Assembly (NCBI GenBank): GCA_963850305.1
Contig: CAWKKR010000008.1
Location: forward strand, 576,001 to 640,000
Direction of reading: 5' to 3'
From: an uncultured delta proteobacterium
GTDB taxonomy: Bacteria > Myxococcota_A > Polyangia > Polyangiales > Polyangiaceae
DNA: 64,000 nt
Shown here piece after piece: positions 38,499 to 48,307 of this stretch. Each line of letters starts with the position of its first letter. The stretch's first letter is position 1. Both the position numbers and the translations under genes were made by a program. The notes below the pieces were generated by a model. It did no database searches, had not been told where the DNA came from, and saw only the letters and a list, made by a program, of their open reading frames with translations.

Positions 38499-40576
38499 AT
38501 GGCGACGGGCGGACCTCCAGGCGGTGCTCCGCGGGGGATGGCGCGCGCGAAGGACGCCCCGATGTCGGCGGGAAAGTACGTACTCCTGACCGAGGTGTCG
38601 CGCGGCTACATAGGCGCGTTGTGGCTCGGACGCGACCCGCGGGAGGGCGGCGCCGTGTTCGTGCGCCGCATCGCGCCCCTGGTCTCGTCGAGCACGCGGG
38701 CTGCGGTGCTGGACGCCGCGCGCTGGTCGCAGACCACGGATGAGACGGGCACGACCGAGCTCGTCGAGGGGCGCGCCAGCGTCGATGTCATTTCACGATT
38801 CGGGGATGGCGAGCTCCTGCGTTCCCTGCTCCGCACTGCAGCCTTGAAACACATCGCGGTGGAGCCGACCGTGCTGCTCGGCATCGCGCGTGATCTGCTC
38901 GCGCGGCTGAGTGAACTCCACGCGCAGGCCGCTCGGGACAAGTCGCTGCACGAGTTTGGCGGCGTTCACCCCGACAGTATTTTCGTCGGCGCCGACGGTA
39001 GCGTCCGACTGCTCGACGCGGGCGTGGGAGCGGCGGCATCGGCGCGGGAGCCGTGGCGGAGCGATCCCCAGCGGATCGGCTATTTTGCGCCCGAACAGAT
39101 CGACCTGAGGGGCGTGCTGGGACCCGGCACGGACGTCTTCGCCGTCGGTGTCGTGCTCTGGGAGGCGCTTTCGAATCGTAGGCTCTTCCCCGGAAACGAC
39201 GCCAAGACGACTCGCGAGCGCGTTCAGAGATCGCCGATAACACGACTCGACGCGGTCGGCCGGACCGGTGTGCCGGGCGTGGCGACGGACATTGCCGACA
39301 TCGTGAGCAAAGCTCTGGAGCGGGATCCCGCCGCGCGATTTGGAAGCGTGGCGGAGATGGCCGAAGCGGTCGGCCGACTCGCATGCGCGAACGGCGCCGA
39401 CATCGGGGCATGGGTGGCCTTGCTTGCCGACGCGGCCATCGGGAAGCGCCGGCAGTTGCTCGAGCGCGTCGCAGGCGGCGGGAGTATTCCCCCGCCGTCT
39501 GGGCCGGTCAGCGTCGAATCCGGCGAGCGACGTGAGTCCGTCGATCCCGCCGAGCGCACCGCATCCCGAGGTCGAGGACGGCGAACCGCCCCTGGTCGTG
39601 CGGGAAGAGACGGTGGCTCCGGCGGTGGCGCCCATCGCCGCGGAGTCGACGCCCGAGACGACCGCAACGCCGAGCGGCGCGCCCGTTCCGGATTCCACGA
39701 CAGGCCGTGCGGAGACGGGCAACGCGACGCCCGGAGGCTCAGCTAGCATCGATTTCGACGATCCTCCCGCGAAGAGCGCGAGCGTGAGGTCACCGGCAGT
39801 GGAAGCCGAAACGATCGGCGTGGCCGACGGCAGCCGCGCATCCGCGACGCCGGCCGGCGAGACCGAGAAGACGCCCACGTCTGCAGCGCCGCACAGCGAG
39901 AATCGACCGAACGCCCCCCCCTCCTCCGCCTCCGTCCATGCGCCCTCAGTTGCCACGCGCCCCGCCGAAGCCGAGCCGCGCGCCACGCATCGCGCGCGAC
40001 GAGGACGGCGAGGATGTGCTGACAGCGCCGCGAACGGCGCTCTCGAGTCCCATCCAGACCTCGGCTCTGCATTCGTTGATGGCGCCGGCGCCGCGACGAA
40101 GAAGCGTGCCGCTGCGTGCCGTCACGGCCGTGGTCGTGGGCCTCGGGATGTCCGTGGGTGGCTACCTCCTCGGTCGAGCGCATCCAGTGGTTCAACGCGT
40201 GCCCCTCCAAAATAAATCGACCACTCCCCTGGTCATGGCGAACGGGAGAGCTCCCTCGACGGCCGTCTCGGGCGGAACGGCAACCGCCGTCGCCACGCCT
40301 TCGAGCTCCGAGGCGAACCCCGCGCCTGCACATCCTGCCCCGACGGAGAGCTCGACCCCAGCCCTGCCGTCCGGGGCGCTTCCGTCGACGCCCGCCGTCT
40401 CCGCGACCGCAAGCGCAGCGCCAGCCGTCGCGCCCGTCGCGAGCGCGCCGGACCACGCTGAATCTCCCCGGGAAGCCGCGGCAGCCGCGGCTGCCGCGCC
40501 CAATCACGGACCCTTGCACCGGCCCCCGCCCTCGCACTCCACTGCCAACTCGGCGTACAAACCCGGAGGGATTTGA
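38499..40576 (+). CDS. Transmembrane Ser/Thr pseudokinase (frameshifts near 39515 and 39975)
   Basis: Kinase fold (GYFAPEQ, DVFAVGVVLWEAL, KALERDPAARF) but HRD is replaced by FGG and DFG by DAG; TM helix and a tail ending YKPGGI lie in later frames. Confidence 0.75.
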
Positions 40577-41616
40577 ACTTGCTGCGGCCCTCGCCTTTTT
40601 TCGCCATCGCGGTGCTCGCTTGCCTTCCCTCGGTGGCCCTGGGAGCGGGAAAATCCGTCGACGAGGCGACGGCCGCTGAGAAGGCCGAGGCGAGCAACGC
40701 CTTCACGGCGGCGATGGCCAACTTCGACCACGGCGATTTCAAGCAGGCTCTCGCCGGGTTCAAGGCTTCCTACGACGAAGTCCGGAGCCCGAACTCGCAT
40801 TTCATGATCGCGCGAACGATGGCGAAGCTGGGGCAAAACCCAGAAGCTTATGCGGAGCTCGAGGCGGTCGTGACGGAAGCGGACGCCCTGAACGGGCGCT
40901 ACGCGGATACCTCGACGGCCGCGCATGCGAAGATGGACGAGATCCTCCCGCGCATCGGGCTCCTCGTCGTGACGCTCGAAAATGCGCCGAAGGGCACGGA
41001 CGTTCTGGTCGGAAATGACCGCGTCGATCCGGCGCAGCTCGGACAGCCGCTCCCCGAGCTACCCGGGGCGACGATCGTGACCGCCGTCACGCCGACCGGC
41101 GCTAGCTATCCGCACAAGGTCACCCTCGTAGCGGGAGACAAGACCACCCTGCCGATCGACATCGCCGCGGATGCCGCCGCCGCGGCCCCGGCTGCACCAA
41201 AGACATCGCCGCGAACGCATTACCGTGTCGAGATCGAGGGCCACGTCATGGGCGAGACGCTAGGACCGCAGTCGGCGACGCGGGGAGCGGGTTTCGGGGC
41301 GCTCGCGGCGCTCGAGCTCCTGCACACGGGGGTGTTCGGGTTGGGCGACAGTTTCGCGGTGGCCGCCGGGCTCGACTGGAGCGCGACGAGCACGGATCCA
41401 CACTTCTGGATCCCCGTCCTCGCGCAGTGGAACGTCTGGCTCTTTCCGGCGCTGAGCTTCCGCCTCGAGCCGGGCGTGGCCATGCTGACGGGAGCGGGAA
41501 CGCGCGTCACGCCCGCGCTCTACGCTGGGCTACGGTATCAGGTCTACAAGCGCCTCTGCATCACGGGTCGCGTCGGTATTCCAGGAGCGACGATCGGCGC
41601 GTCGCTGCTGCTGTGA
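40573..41616 (+). CDS. Secreted TPR + PEGA-like + beta-barrel protein
   Basis: Signal peptide, AL..F.ASY....SPNS..MIAR, PEGA-like strands; overlaps the kinase stop. Confidence 0.8.
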   Translation: MNLLRPSPFFAIAVLACLPSVALGAGKSVDEATAAEKAEASNAFTAAMANFDHGDFKQALAGFKASYDEVRSPNSHFMIARTMAKLGQNPEAYAELEAVVTEADALNGRYADTSTAAHAKMDEILPRIGLLVVTLENAPKGTDVLVGNDRVDPAQLGQPLPELPGATIVTAVTPTGASYPHKVTLVAGDKTTLPIDIAADAAAAAPAAPKTSPRTHYRVEIEGHVMGETLGPQSATRGAGFGALAALELLHTGVFGLGDSFAVAAGLDWSATSTDPHFWIPVLAQWNVWLFPALSFRLEPGVAMLTGAGTRVTPALYAGLRYQVYKRLCITGRVGIPGATIGASLLL

Positions 41617-42573
41617 GGACGGCCGTCCTCGCGCCGGTTCTTCTTTCGGCCACTCTCGCGTTCGCGATTGCGGTGGTTCGCGGCAATCACGGCATCCGGA
41701 CGACGCGCTACGAAGCGACACGGATTCGCGGCAGCGTATTTCCCGAAATCGCTCGACGACGGGCACCGGGCCACGATCCTCGCGCGGCCACCGAAGCGGA
41801 TTGCCTCTCTGACGGTGACGACGGACGAGATCCTCGCTTGCATTGCCGACCCCGGGCGCATCGTCGCGGTCACGCCGTTCGCCGACGATCCGGCGATCGA
41901 GTTGACGGCAGGACGCGCCCCACCCGGCGCGGCGCGTGTCCGCGGCGTCGACCCCGAGATGCTCATCGCGCTGGAGCCGGATCTGGTGTTCGTCTCGAAC
42001 TTCACGCTCGAGTCGGGCGTGGAGATCCTGTCGGCGGCGTCGATCCCCGTGGTCAGGTTACGCGACACCCGATCGTACGACGACGTCGCGAGCAACGTGC
42101 TCCTCGTCGCGGACGCGCTCGGCTACGTCGGCCGCGGGCAGGCGCTGGTCGCCGAGATGAGAGCGAAGCTCGGCGCCCTTCGAGCAAAGACGGCCGCGCT
42201 CCCGGCGCCGCGTGTCCTTTATTACTCCGCCGTGGACTACACGGCAGGAACGGGCACCCTGGTGGACGAAAAGATCCGTCTCGCGGGAGGGCGGAACGTC
42301 GCCGCCGAGGCGGGCCTCGTGGGATTCGAGAGCGTCGCGCTCGATCTGCTCATCGCGCTCGACCCGGACGTCATCGTCGTGCCGCAGTGGTCGGCGAACG
42401 AGAACCCGACGCGCACGCTGACGGAGAGCGCTGCCTGGCGAGACGTCAGCGCCGTCCGCAACGACCGCGTCTATGCCGTGTCGGCGGCCGCGCTCACGTC
42501 CGAGTCGCCCGAAGGCGTCGCGGGCGTCGAACGACTCGCGCACTTGTTCCATCCCGAGGTGTTCCGGTCGTGA
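41613..42573 (+). CDS. Cobalamin/iron-chelate ABC substrate-binding protein (BtuF-like), frameshift near 41740
   Basis: PKRIASL..TDEIL, E.LIALEPDLV, AGGRNVA, LDPDVI, AVRNDRVY; the N-terminal TM segment is in another frame. Confidence 0.85.
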
Positions 42574-43607
42574 CCCGCCGCGCGCCCGCCGCGATTCTGG
42601 GAACCGGCACGGTCGCCCTCGTCGCGTTCATGCTGCTCGGCGTGCAATTCGGCGCCGCTCACGTGGGGGTTGGAAAGCTCGCCGCCGTGGCCGAAGCCGC
42701 GATCGGTATGTCTTCGCATGCCGCATTCCGGCCCTGGGAAGCGACCATCCTGCTTTACGTGCGCTTGCCGAGAGTCGTGACGGGCGCGTTCGTCGGCGCG
42801 GGCCTCGCCATCACGGGTGCGGCACTCCAGGCACTGTTCCGGAATCCGCTCGCCGATCCCGGGGTTCTCGGGGTGGCCTCCGGCGCGTCGCTCGGAGCGG
42901 TGACCGCCATGCAACTCGGCCTCGCGTCCGCGACGGCATGGGCAATCCCCGGCTTCGCCGTCGCGTTCGCGGGCGGAACGGCCTTCGCGATCTATGCCAT
43001 CGCGTCGCGCCGCGGGCACCTCCCGGTCGGCACCTTGCTGCTCGCGGGCGTCGCGCTCGGCAGCCTCGCGAGCGCGCTGACGACCCTCCTTCTGTCCGTC
43101 TCGCTCGAAGAATACGACCGCGGTCGCGAGATATTCCGCTGGTTGATGGGGGGCCTCGAAGCGCGCACGTGGAGCGACGTCTGCCTCGTCGCTCCGGCGA
43201 CGCTGGTCGGCTCGGTAGTCGTGCTCGCGTCGTCGCGAGAGCTCGATGCGCTGCTGCTGGGCGAGACCGAGGCCGTCGCGCTCGGGGTGGACGTGCCTCG
43301 CGTCCGGCGCCGGCTCATCTTCGCCACTTCGCTGATCGTGGGCGCCGCCGTCGCCGTGTCGGGCGTGATCGGTTTCGTGGGCCTCGTCATTCCGCACCTC
43401 GTCCGCCTGTTCATCGGACCGTCGCACAGCGTGCTCTTGCCGGCGTCGGCCGTCTTCGGCGCAGCCTTCGTGGTGGGCGCCGATCTCCTGTGCCGGACGG
43501 TCGTCGCGCCCGAGGAGATTCGCCTCGGCGTGATGACGGCGAGCCTCGGCGCGCCGTTCTTCCTGTTCTTGCTCTTGACGCGGAAGCGGGAAATATCCAT
43601 CGAATGA
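42570..43607 (+). CDS. FecCD/BtuC-family ABC permease
   Basis: RLPR, QALFRNPLADPGVLGVASGA, A.ALGV, IGFVGLVIPH, GAPFFL. Confidence 0.93.
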   Translation: MTRRAPAAILGTGTVALVAFMLLGVQFGAAHVGVGKLAAVAEAAIGMSSHAAFRPWEATILLYVRLPRVVTGAFVGAGLAITGAALQALFRNPLADPGVLGVASGASLGAVTAMQLGLASATAWAIPGFAVAFAGGTAFAIYAIASRRGHLPVGTLLLAGVALGSLASALTTLLLSVSLEEYDRGREIFRWLMGGLEARTWSDVCLVAPATLVGSVVVLASSRELDALLLGETEAVALGVDVPRVRRRLIFATSLIVGAAVAVSGVIGFVGLVIPHLVRLFIGPSHSVLLPASAVFGAAFVVGADLLCRTVVAPEEIRLGVMTASLGAPFFLFLLLTRKREISIE

Positions 43608-44434
43608 CGTCGCTGCTCGAGTGCCGCGACCTCGCTTTCGCGTACGGTGACCGACCCGTCCTCGACGGCGTGACGCTCTCGCTGGCGCGCGGCGAGCTGG
43701 TGGCGCTCGTCGGCCCGAACGGCGCGGGAAAGAGCACGTTGCTTCACGTCCTTCTCGGGCTCCGGCACGTCGAGCGCGGCGGCGTGTTCTCGTCGGGGGA
43801 ACCCCTCTCGTCCCTGTCCCGGCGCGAGGTCGCCCGCCGGATCGCGTTCGTCCCACAGGAGACGCGCAACGACTTCGACTTCACCGTCCGCGAGCTGGTC
43901 GCGATGGGGCGCATGCCGCATCTGGGTCGCTTCGAGCCCGAGCGCAGGACCGACGTCGAGGCCATCGAGCGCGCGCTCGAGCTGACCGAGACGCGCCGGT
44001 TTTCCGACCGCACCCTTTCCGAGCTCTCGGGCGGCGAGCGCCAGCGAGTCCACATTGCACGCGCCATCGCCCAGGAAACCGACGTTCTCCTTCTCGACGA
44101 ACCCACGGCGAACCTGGACGTCGCGCATCAGCTCGAAGTGATGTCCCTCATTCGAAGGCTGGTGCGCGCGGGGAAGGCCGCGGCCATCGCGCTTCACGAT
44201 CTATCGCTCGCGGCGCGCTTCGGGGACCGTATCGTCGTGCTCGGCGAGGGCCGTCTGGTTGCCGACGGAAACCCGGCAGACGTAATCACGGAGCCCATGC
44301 TCGAGCGATATTTTCGCATCCGAGCGCGCATCGAGCGCGACCCGGTCGACGGCGGGGTCCTGGTGGTCCCGCTGTCGCCGCTGGCGGCTCCCGAGCTCGA
44401 GAGCGAGCGAAGAAAATCCGCCGGCGTGCTATGA
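43604..44434 (+). CDS. FecE/BtuD-family ABC ATPase
   Basis: GPNGAGKST, LSGGERQR, LLLDEPT, LHDL.LAARF. Confidence 0.93.
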   Translation: MTSLLECRDLAFAYGDRPVLDGVTLSLARGELVALVGPNGAGKSTLLHVLLGLRHVERGGVFSSGEPLSSLSRREVARRIAFVPQETRNDFDFTVRELVAMGRMPHLGRFEPERRTDVEAIERALELTETRRFSDRTLSELSGGERQRVHIARAIAQETDVLLLDEPTANLDVAHQLEVMSLIRRLVRAGKAAAIALHDLSLAARFGDRIVVLGEGRLVADGNPADVITEPMLERYFRIRARIERDPVDGGVLVVPLSPLAAPELESERRKSAGVL

Positions 44435-44449
44435 AAGGGCTGGTTTCCC

Positions 44450-45541
44450 ATGGCCGGACGAGACCAGCGCGAGCACGTGAGGGTGGACGCGTCTTTTCGC
44501 GTCCGCTCCACCGCGCTCGATCCGGACGCGCTGTGGGGAGGCAACGTCTCTCGCGGCGGCATCTTCGTGAAGACGACGCGCTTCCTGCGCATGAACGCCG
44601 TGATCCGACTGTCCATCGAAGCTCCGGAAGCGGGCATCGCGATCCCCGCGACCTGCCGCGTCGCGTTCATACGGGACGCCGCGGAGGCGGTGACCTCCGG
44701 CAAGCCCGCGGGCATGGGACTCGAACTGCTCGACCTCGCCGAGCGCGATCGCCCCATGCTGGAGAAGCTCCTCGCGGGACGACACTCCAAAGAAACGACG
44801 CCGGCGCCCCCTGAAGCTCCGGAAACGTTGCGCGTCGTCGTGGTCGACGATGACGCGCGCTATCGCGAGCTCGCGGCCGAACCCTTCCGGAAACGCGGCG
44901 ATACCGTGTACGCGACCTCCGACGGCCTCGAAGCGCTCGCCCTCTGCATCAAGGACCCGCCCGACATCATTCTGAGCGACGTGCAGATGCCGCGGATGGA
45001 CGGGTGGCAGCTGCTGCGGCTGATCCGTGCTCGCCCCGCGCTTTCCGGAGTGCCCGTGGTGTTCCTGACATCGCTCGGCGGCGAATCGGAGCGCCTCCTC
45101 GGCTATCAGCTCGGCGTGGACGCGTATCTCCCGAAACCGTACGACCCTGCCGAGTTGCTGGTACGGGCGCATCAGATTGTCCGTCGCGCTCGCGCTTCCG
45201 AGAGCGCGCGGTCGTCGCGGACCACGTTGCGCGGCGAGATCGAACACGTGGGACTGTCGTCGCTCCTCACGTTCCTCGAGATCGAGCGGAAGACCGGCGT
45301 GCTGCTCGTCATCGGCAACGACGTCTCGCGACTCTTCTTCTCGGGCGGGCGCCTGCTTCGCGCGGAAGTGGAAGGCGGTTCCGGCGAGTCGCCGAGAAAA
45401 ACGGCGATGCGGGTGCTGGACGCGACCAGCGGCCAGTTCGAGTTCACCTCCGAGGAAGTGAACCCCGAGGATCAACTCGGGACGTCGGTGACGGCGCTGT
45501 TGCTCGAACACGCGCACCTGACGGACGAGCGGAAGCGCTGA
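44450..45541 (+). CDS. PilZ-receiver-DUF4388 response regulator
   Basis: REHVR/NVSRGG PilZ; VVDDD, SDVQMPRMDG, LPKP receiver; LRG.I....L..LL..LE.ERKTG.L C-terminal domain. Confidence 0.88.
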   Translation: MAGRDQREHVRVDASFRVRSTALDPDALWGGNVSRGGIFVKTTRFLRMNAVIRLSIEAPEAGIAIPATCRVAFIRDAAEAVTSGKPAGMGLELLDLAERDRPMLEKLLAGRHSKETTPAPPEAPETLRVVVVDDDARYRELAAEPFRKRGDTVYATSDGLEALALCIKDPPDIILSDVQMPRMDGWQLLRLIRARPALSGVPVVFLTSLGGESERLLGYQLGVDAYLPKPYDPAELLVRAHQIVRRARASESARSSRTTLRGEIEHVGLSSLLTFLEIERKTGVLLVIGNDVSRLFFSGGRLLRAEVEGGSGESPRKTAMRVLDATSGQFEFTSEEVNPEDQLGTSVTALLLEHAHLTDERKR

Positions 45542-45624
45542 AAATGGCTCGTGCCGTTGACACCGCGGCGCACCCGAGGCTACTGCGATGTGCATGAGGT
45601 AGCCGCAGCCGAAAATATCTAGAA

Positions 45625-45799
45625 TCGTTCAGCTGCCCATTCAGGGCATAAAAGGGAAGCCGGTGCGAAGCCGGCGCGGTCCCGCCACTGTAAGTGGGAA
45701 GGTTCGAGCATCGACGCCACTCGACACGTTCGGGGAAGGCTGCTCGGAACCGCCGGGGGAAACCTCGAGACCCGCGAGCCAGGAGACCTAGCTGAACGA
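45625..45799 (+). promoter_or_regulatory. Cobalamin (B12) riboswitch
   Basis: P1 TCGTTCAGCT/AGCTGAACGA; AAAGGGAA-GCCGGTGCGAAGCCGGC-GCGGTCCCGCCACTGTAA; GGGAAGG; B12 box GAGCCAGGAGACC; lies upstream of a TonB-receptor operon. Confidence 0.95.
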
Positions 45800-45861
45800 A
45801 GGGCAGCTCGACCCGCGTGGAAACGGGTGGCTCACCCGAGCTCTCTATGGAGTTTCGTGTG

Positions 45862-45893
45862 ACCCCTCGTTCCCGCTGGTCGAGGGGTTTTTT
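45862..45893 (+). terminator. Intrinsic terminator (riboswitch expression platform)
   Basis: ACCCCTCG-loop-CGAGGGGT followed by a T-run, between the riboswitch and the first ORF. Confidence 0.8.
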
Positions 45894-45962
45894 CGTTCAT
45901 GGGGAACGGAGAGCCCGGCTCCCGATTGGTGCCGTCGAAAGAACGGCCCAGTGGAGACGAGC

Positions 45963-47430
45963 ATGAAACTGAATGACAAGTGGTATGGCCAGGTGCTGTT
46001 TGCAGTCATCGCCGCGAGCGCGCTAGCCGCGCCCGCCTGCAGTTCGTCGGACAAGAAGCAGACGGGAGCCGATGCCGGCGCGAACGATGCCGGAGCTGGA
46101 GGCCAAGCAACGGGAGCGGGAGGCTCAGCCGGCAGCAGCACTGGGGGGGCATCGACGGGAGCGGGAGGCTCGGCCGGCAGCAGCACCGGGGGTGGATCGA
46201 CGGGAACCGGAGGTGCCCGGGCGTACGTCGATGCGTCCACGGACGCTTCTGATGGGGCAACCGTCACGCAGCCGGACGACGCGGGGCCGAGCGCCGCCTC
46301 GACCCTTTGCGCGGGAGCCAGCAGGCCCGACGCGGGCACGGCGCCGCACGTACTTCTCGTCGCGGGAACGGATTACGTCACCACGACGGAAACGGCCGCG
46401 ATCGATCTCGACCACGGATGTGTCCTTGGCCGAAGCTCCGTCGCGGATGGCGACGCGATCGCCGCGACGAGCTCGGGCCGCGGTTTCACCCTCGAGCGCA
46501 GCAACGGCGCGCTCGACGTACTGGCCGCGAACGGAGCGGTCGAGACCCGCATCGATCTCCACACCGACGATGGCGGACCGACCTACCTGGACCCGCACGC
46601 CGTCGTCGTACCCGGTCCGGGCTCGACGAAAGCTTACGTTGCGCTCTTCGGCGGCGACGGCATCGCCGTCGTGGATCTCGCCGGGAAGGCCGACGCGCAC
46701 ACGATCGATCTGTCGTCGATGGTCGCTTCGAACGACGCGGACGGGTCCGCGGACGCGGACGGCGGCTTCTACGACGCCGCCACCGGACGCGTCGATTTCG
46801 TCCTCGAGCGCATCGATCAAACGACGATCGCGCCGCCGAACTACGAACTTGCTTGCCCGACCGTACCGGCGGAGCTCATCGCCATCGACCCCGCGAGCGA
46901 CTCGCTGATCGATCTCAACGGCGCGAGCGCCGGAGTGGGCATAGATCTGACGCTCGTGGCGCCGACGGACATCGCCGTGGACGCGACGAATCGCACTCTC
47001 TACCTTGCAGACAACGGGTGCTTCGCCGGCCCTGACGGCGGAGCCGTCCGCGTCCATCACGGCGTGGAAGCCGTGAACCTGGACACGCTGCAGGCGCGCG
47101 TCGTGTACGCGCCGACGACGCAGGATCTCGTCAACGGGCTCGTGCTCCTCGGCTCCGACTCGAGCGCGCTCGACACTTACGACACGCTCTACGTCGAACA
47201 CTGGACCCTCCTCGACACGACCACGGGCACACTCGGCGCAGCGCTTGCCGGGGTCCCGCAGGGCGCGGTCGCGGAGAGCCCCGGCTCGATTCGTCGGCGT
47301 CAACGTCGTGGACCAGGTGCGCGCGGAGGTCGTCCGCTATTCCGTCGCGACGCAGACCTCGACGATTGTAACCGAGCGTCCCTGGTCGACGCTCGTCACG
47401 GGTGTGTCGAACACCGCGGTCCTCCGGTGA
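45963..47430 (+). CDS. B12-regulated lipoprotein, probable beta-propeller (frameshift near 47289)
   Basis: APAC lipobox, Gly/Ser linker, KAYVAL...IAVVDL...IDL blade pattern. Confidence 0.75.
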
Positions 47431-47434
47431 CCCG

Positions 47435-48307
47435 ATGACGCGGTCGCGAACGTGGGACCTCTCGATCCTTCATGGCGCGGCGCGCGCGACGCCGATGTTG
47501 CTCCCGCTCGCGCTTGCTTCGTGCTCGTCCAGTCCGGCCGTCCACGAGGACGCCAGTCGCATCGCCCGCGACGCTTCTCCGGACGCCCTCGTGAACGACG
47601 CCGGAGCTGCCGACGCCGCCGCCCACCGAGCGCTCGACGGCGCGGAGTCGCTTTCACCGGAAACGGACGGCGCGATCAGGGATGCGGGCTCGTTTCCGGA
47701 GTCGGACGCCGCGACAGGCGATGGCGGCTTCGTGTGCCACGGACCTGGCGCTCGTTTCGCGACGGGCGTGATCGGACATCAGTGGGGGCCCGGACAGGAC
47801 ACGGGACAGAATCTGTTCCCGACGCCCGTGCTCGGACCGCCGGAAGGCGGCGGCGCGTGTCAGGGATCGACCGACACGATCTCTCTCGGCAACGGCGGAT
47901 GGATCGCGCTCGAATTCGCGGGCAACGAGATCGTGGACGGGCCGGGGCCGGACTTCATCGTGTTCGAGAACCCCTTCGAGATCGACTGCGACCCGTCGAA
48001 CATCTTCGCGGAGCTCGGCACCGTCTCCGTGAGCGAGGACGGCGTGACGTGGAAGGACTTTCCGTGCACCGCGACGCAACCGCCGTACGGCCTCTGCAGC
48101 GGGTGGCACGTCGTCTACGCGAACGCCGAGACCAACACGATCGATCCGACGGACCCGGCCGTCGCGGGCGGCGATGCGTACGACCTGGCGGACATCGGCG
48201 TCCACGTCGCTCGCTACGTCAAGGTCACCGATCGGCCAGACCTGGTCGGAGAGAACGGCGTGTACGATCTCGACGCGGTGAGCATCGTGCATCCGATGTG
48301 CCCGTGA
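47435..48307 (+). CDS. B12-regulated cell-surface lipoprotein
   Basis: LASC lipobox; SLGNGG.I.LEF, DGPGPDFIVFENPF, AE.G.VSVS.DG, GGDAYDLAD, DLDAV. Confidence 0.8.
   Translation: MTRSRTWDLSILHGAARATPMLLPLALASCSSSPAVHEDASRIARDASPDALVNDAGAADAAAHRALDGAESLSPETDGAIRDAGSFPESDAATGDGGFVCHGPGARFATGVIGHQWGPGQDTGQNLFPTPVLGPPEGGGACQGSTDTISLGNGGWIALEFAGNEIVDGPGPDFIVFENPFEIDCDPSNIFAELGTVSVSEDGVTWKDFPCTATQPPYGLCSGWHVVYANAETNTIDPTDPAVAGGDAYDLADIGVHVARYVKVTDRPDLVGENGVYDLDAVSIVHPMCP

Noticed and set aside
45557..45586. Sigma70 promoter TTGACA-18-TACTGC for the riboswitch
   Set aside because: Perfect -35 but weak -10; plausible yet not supportable without TSS data.
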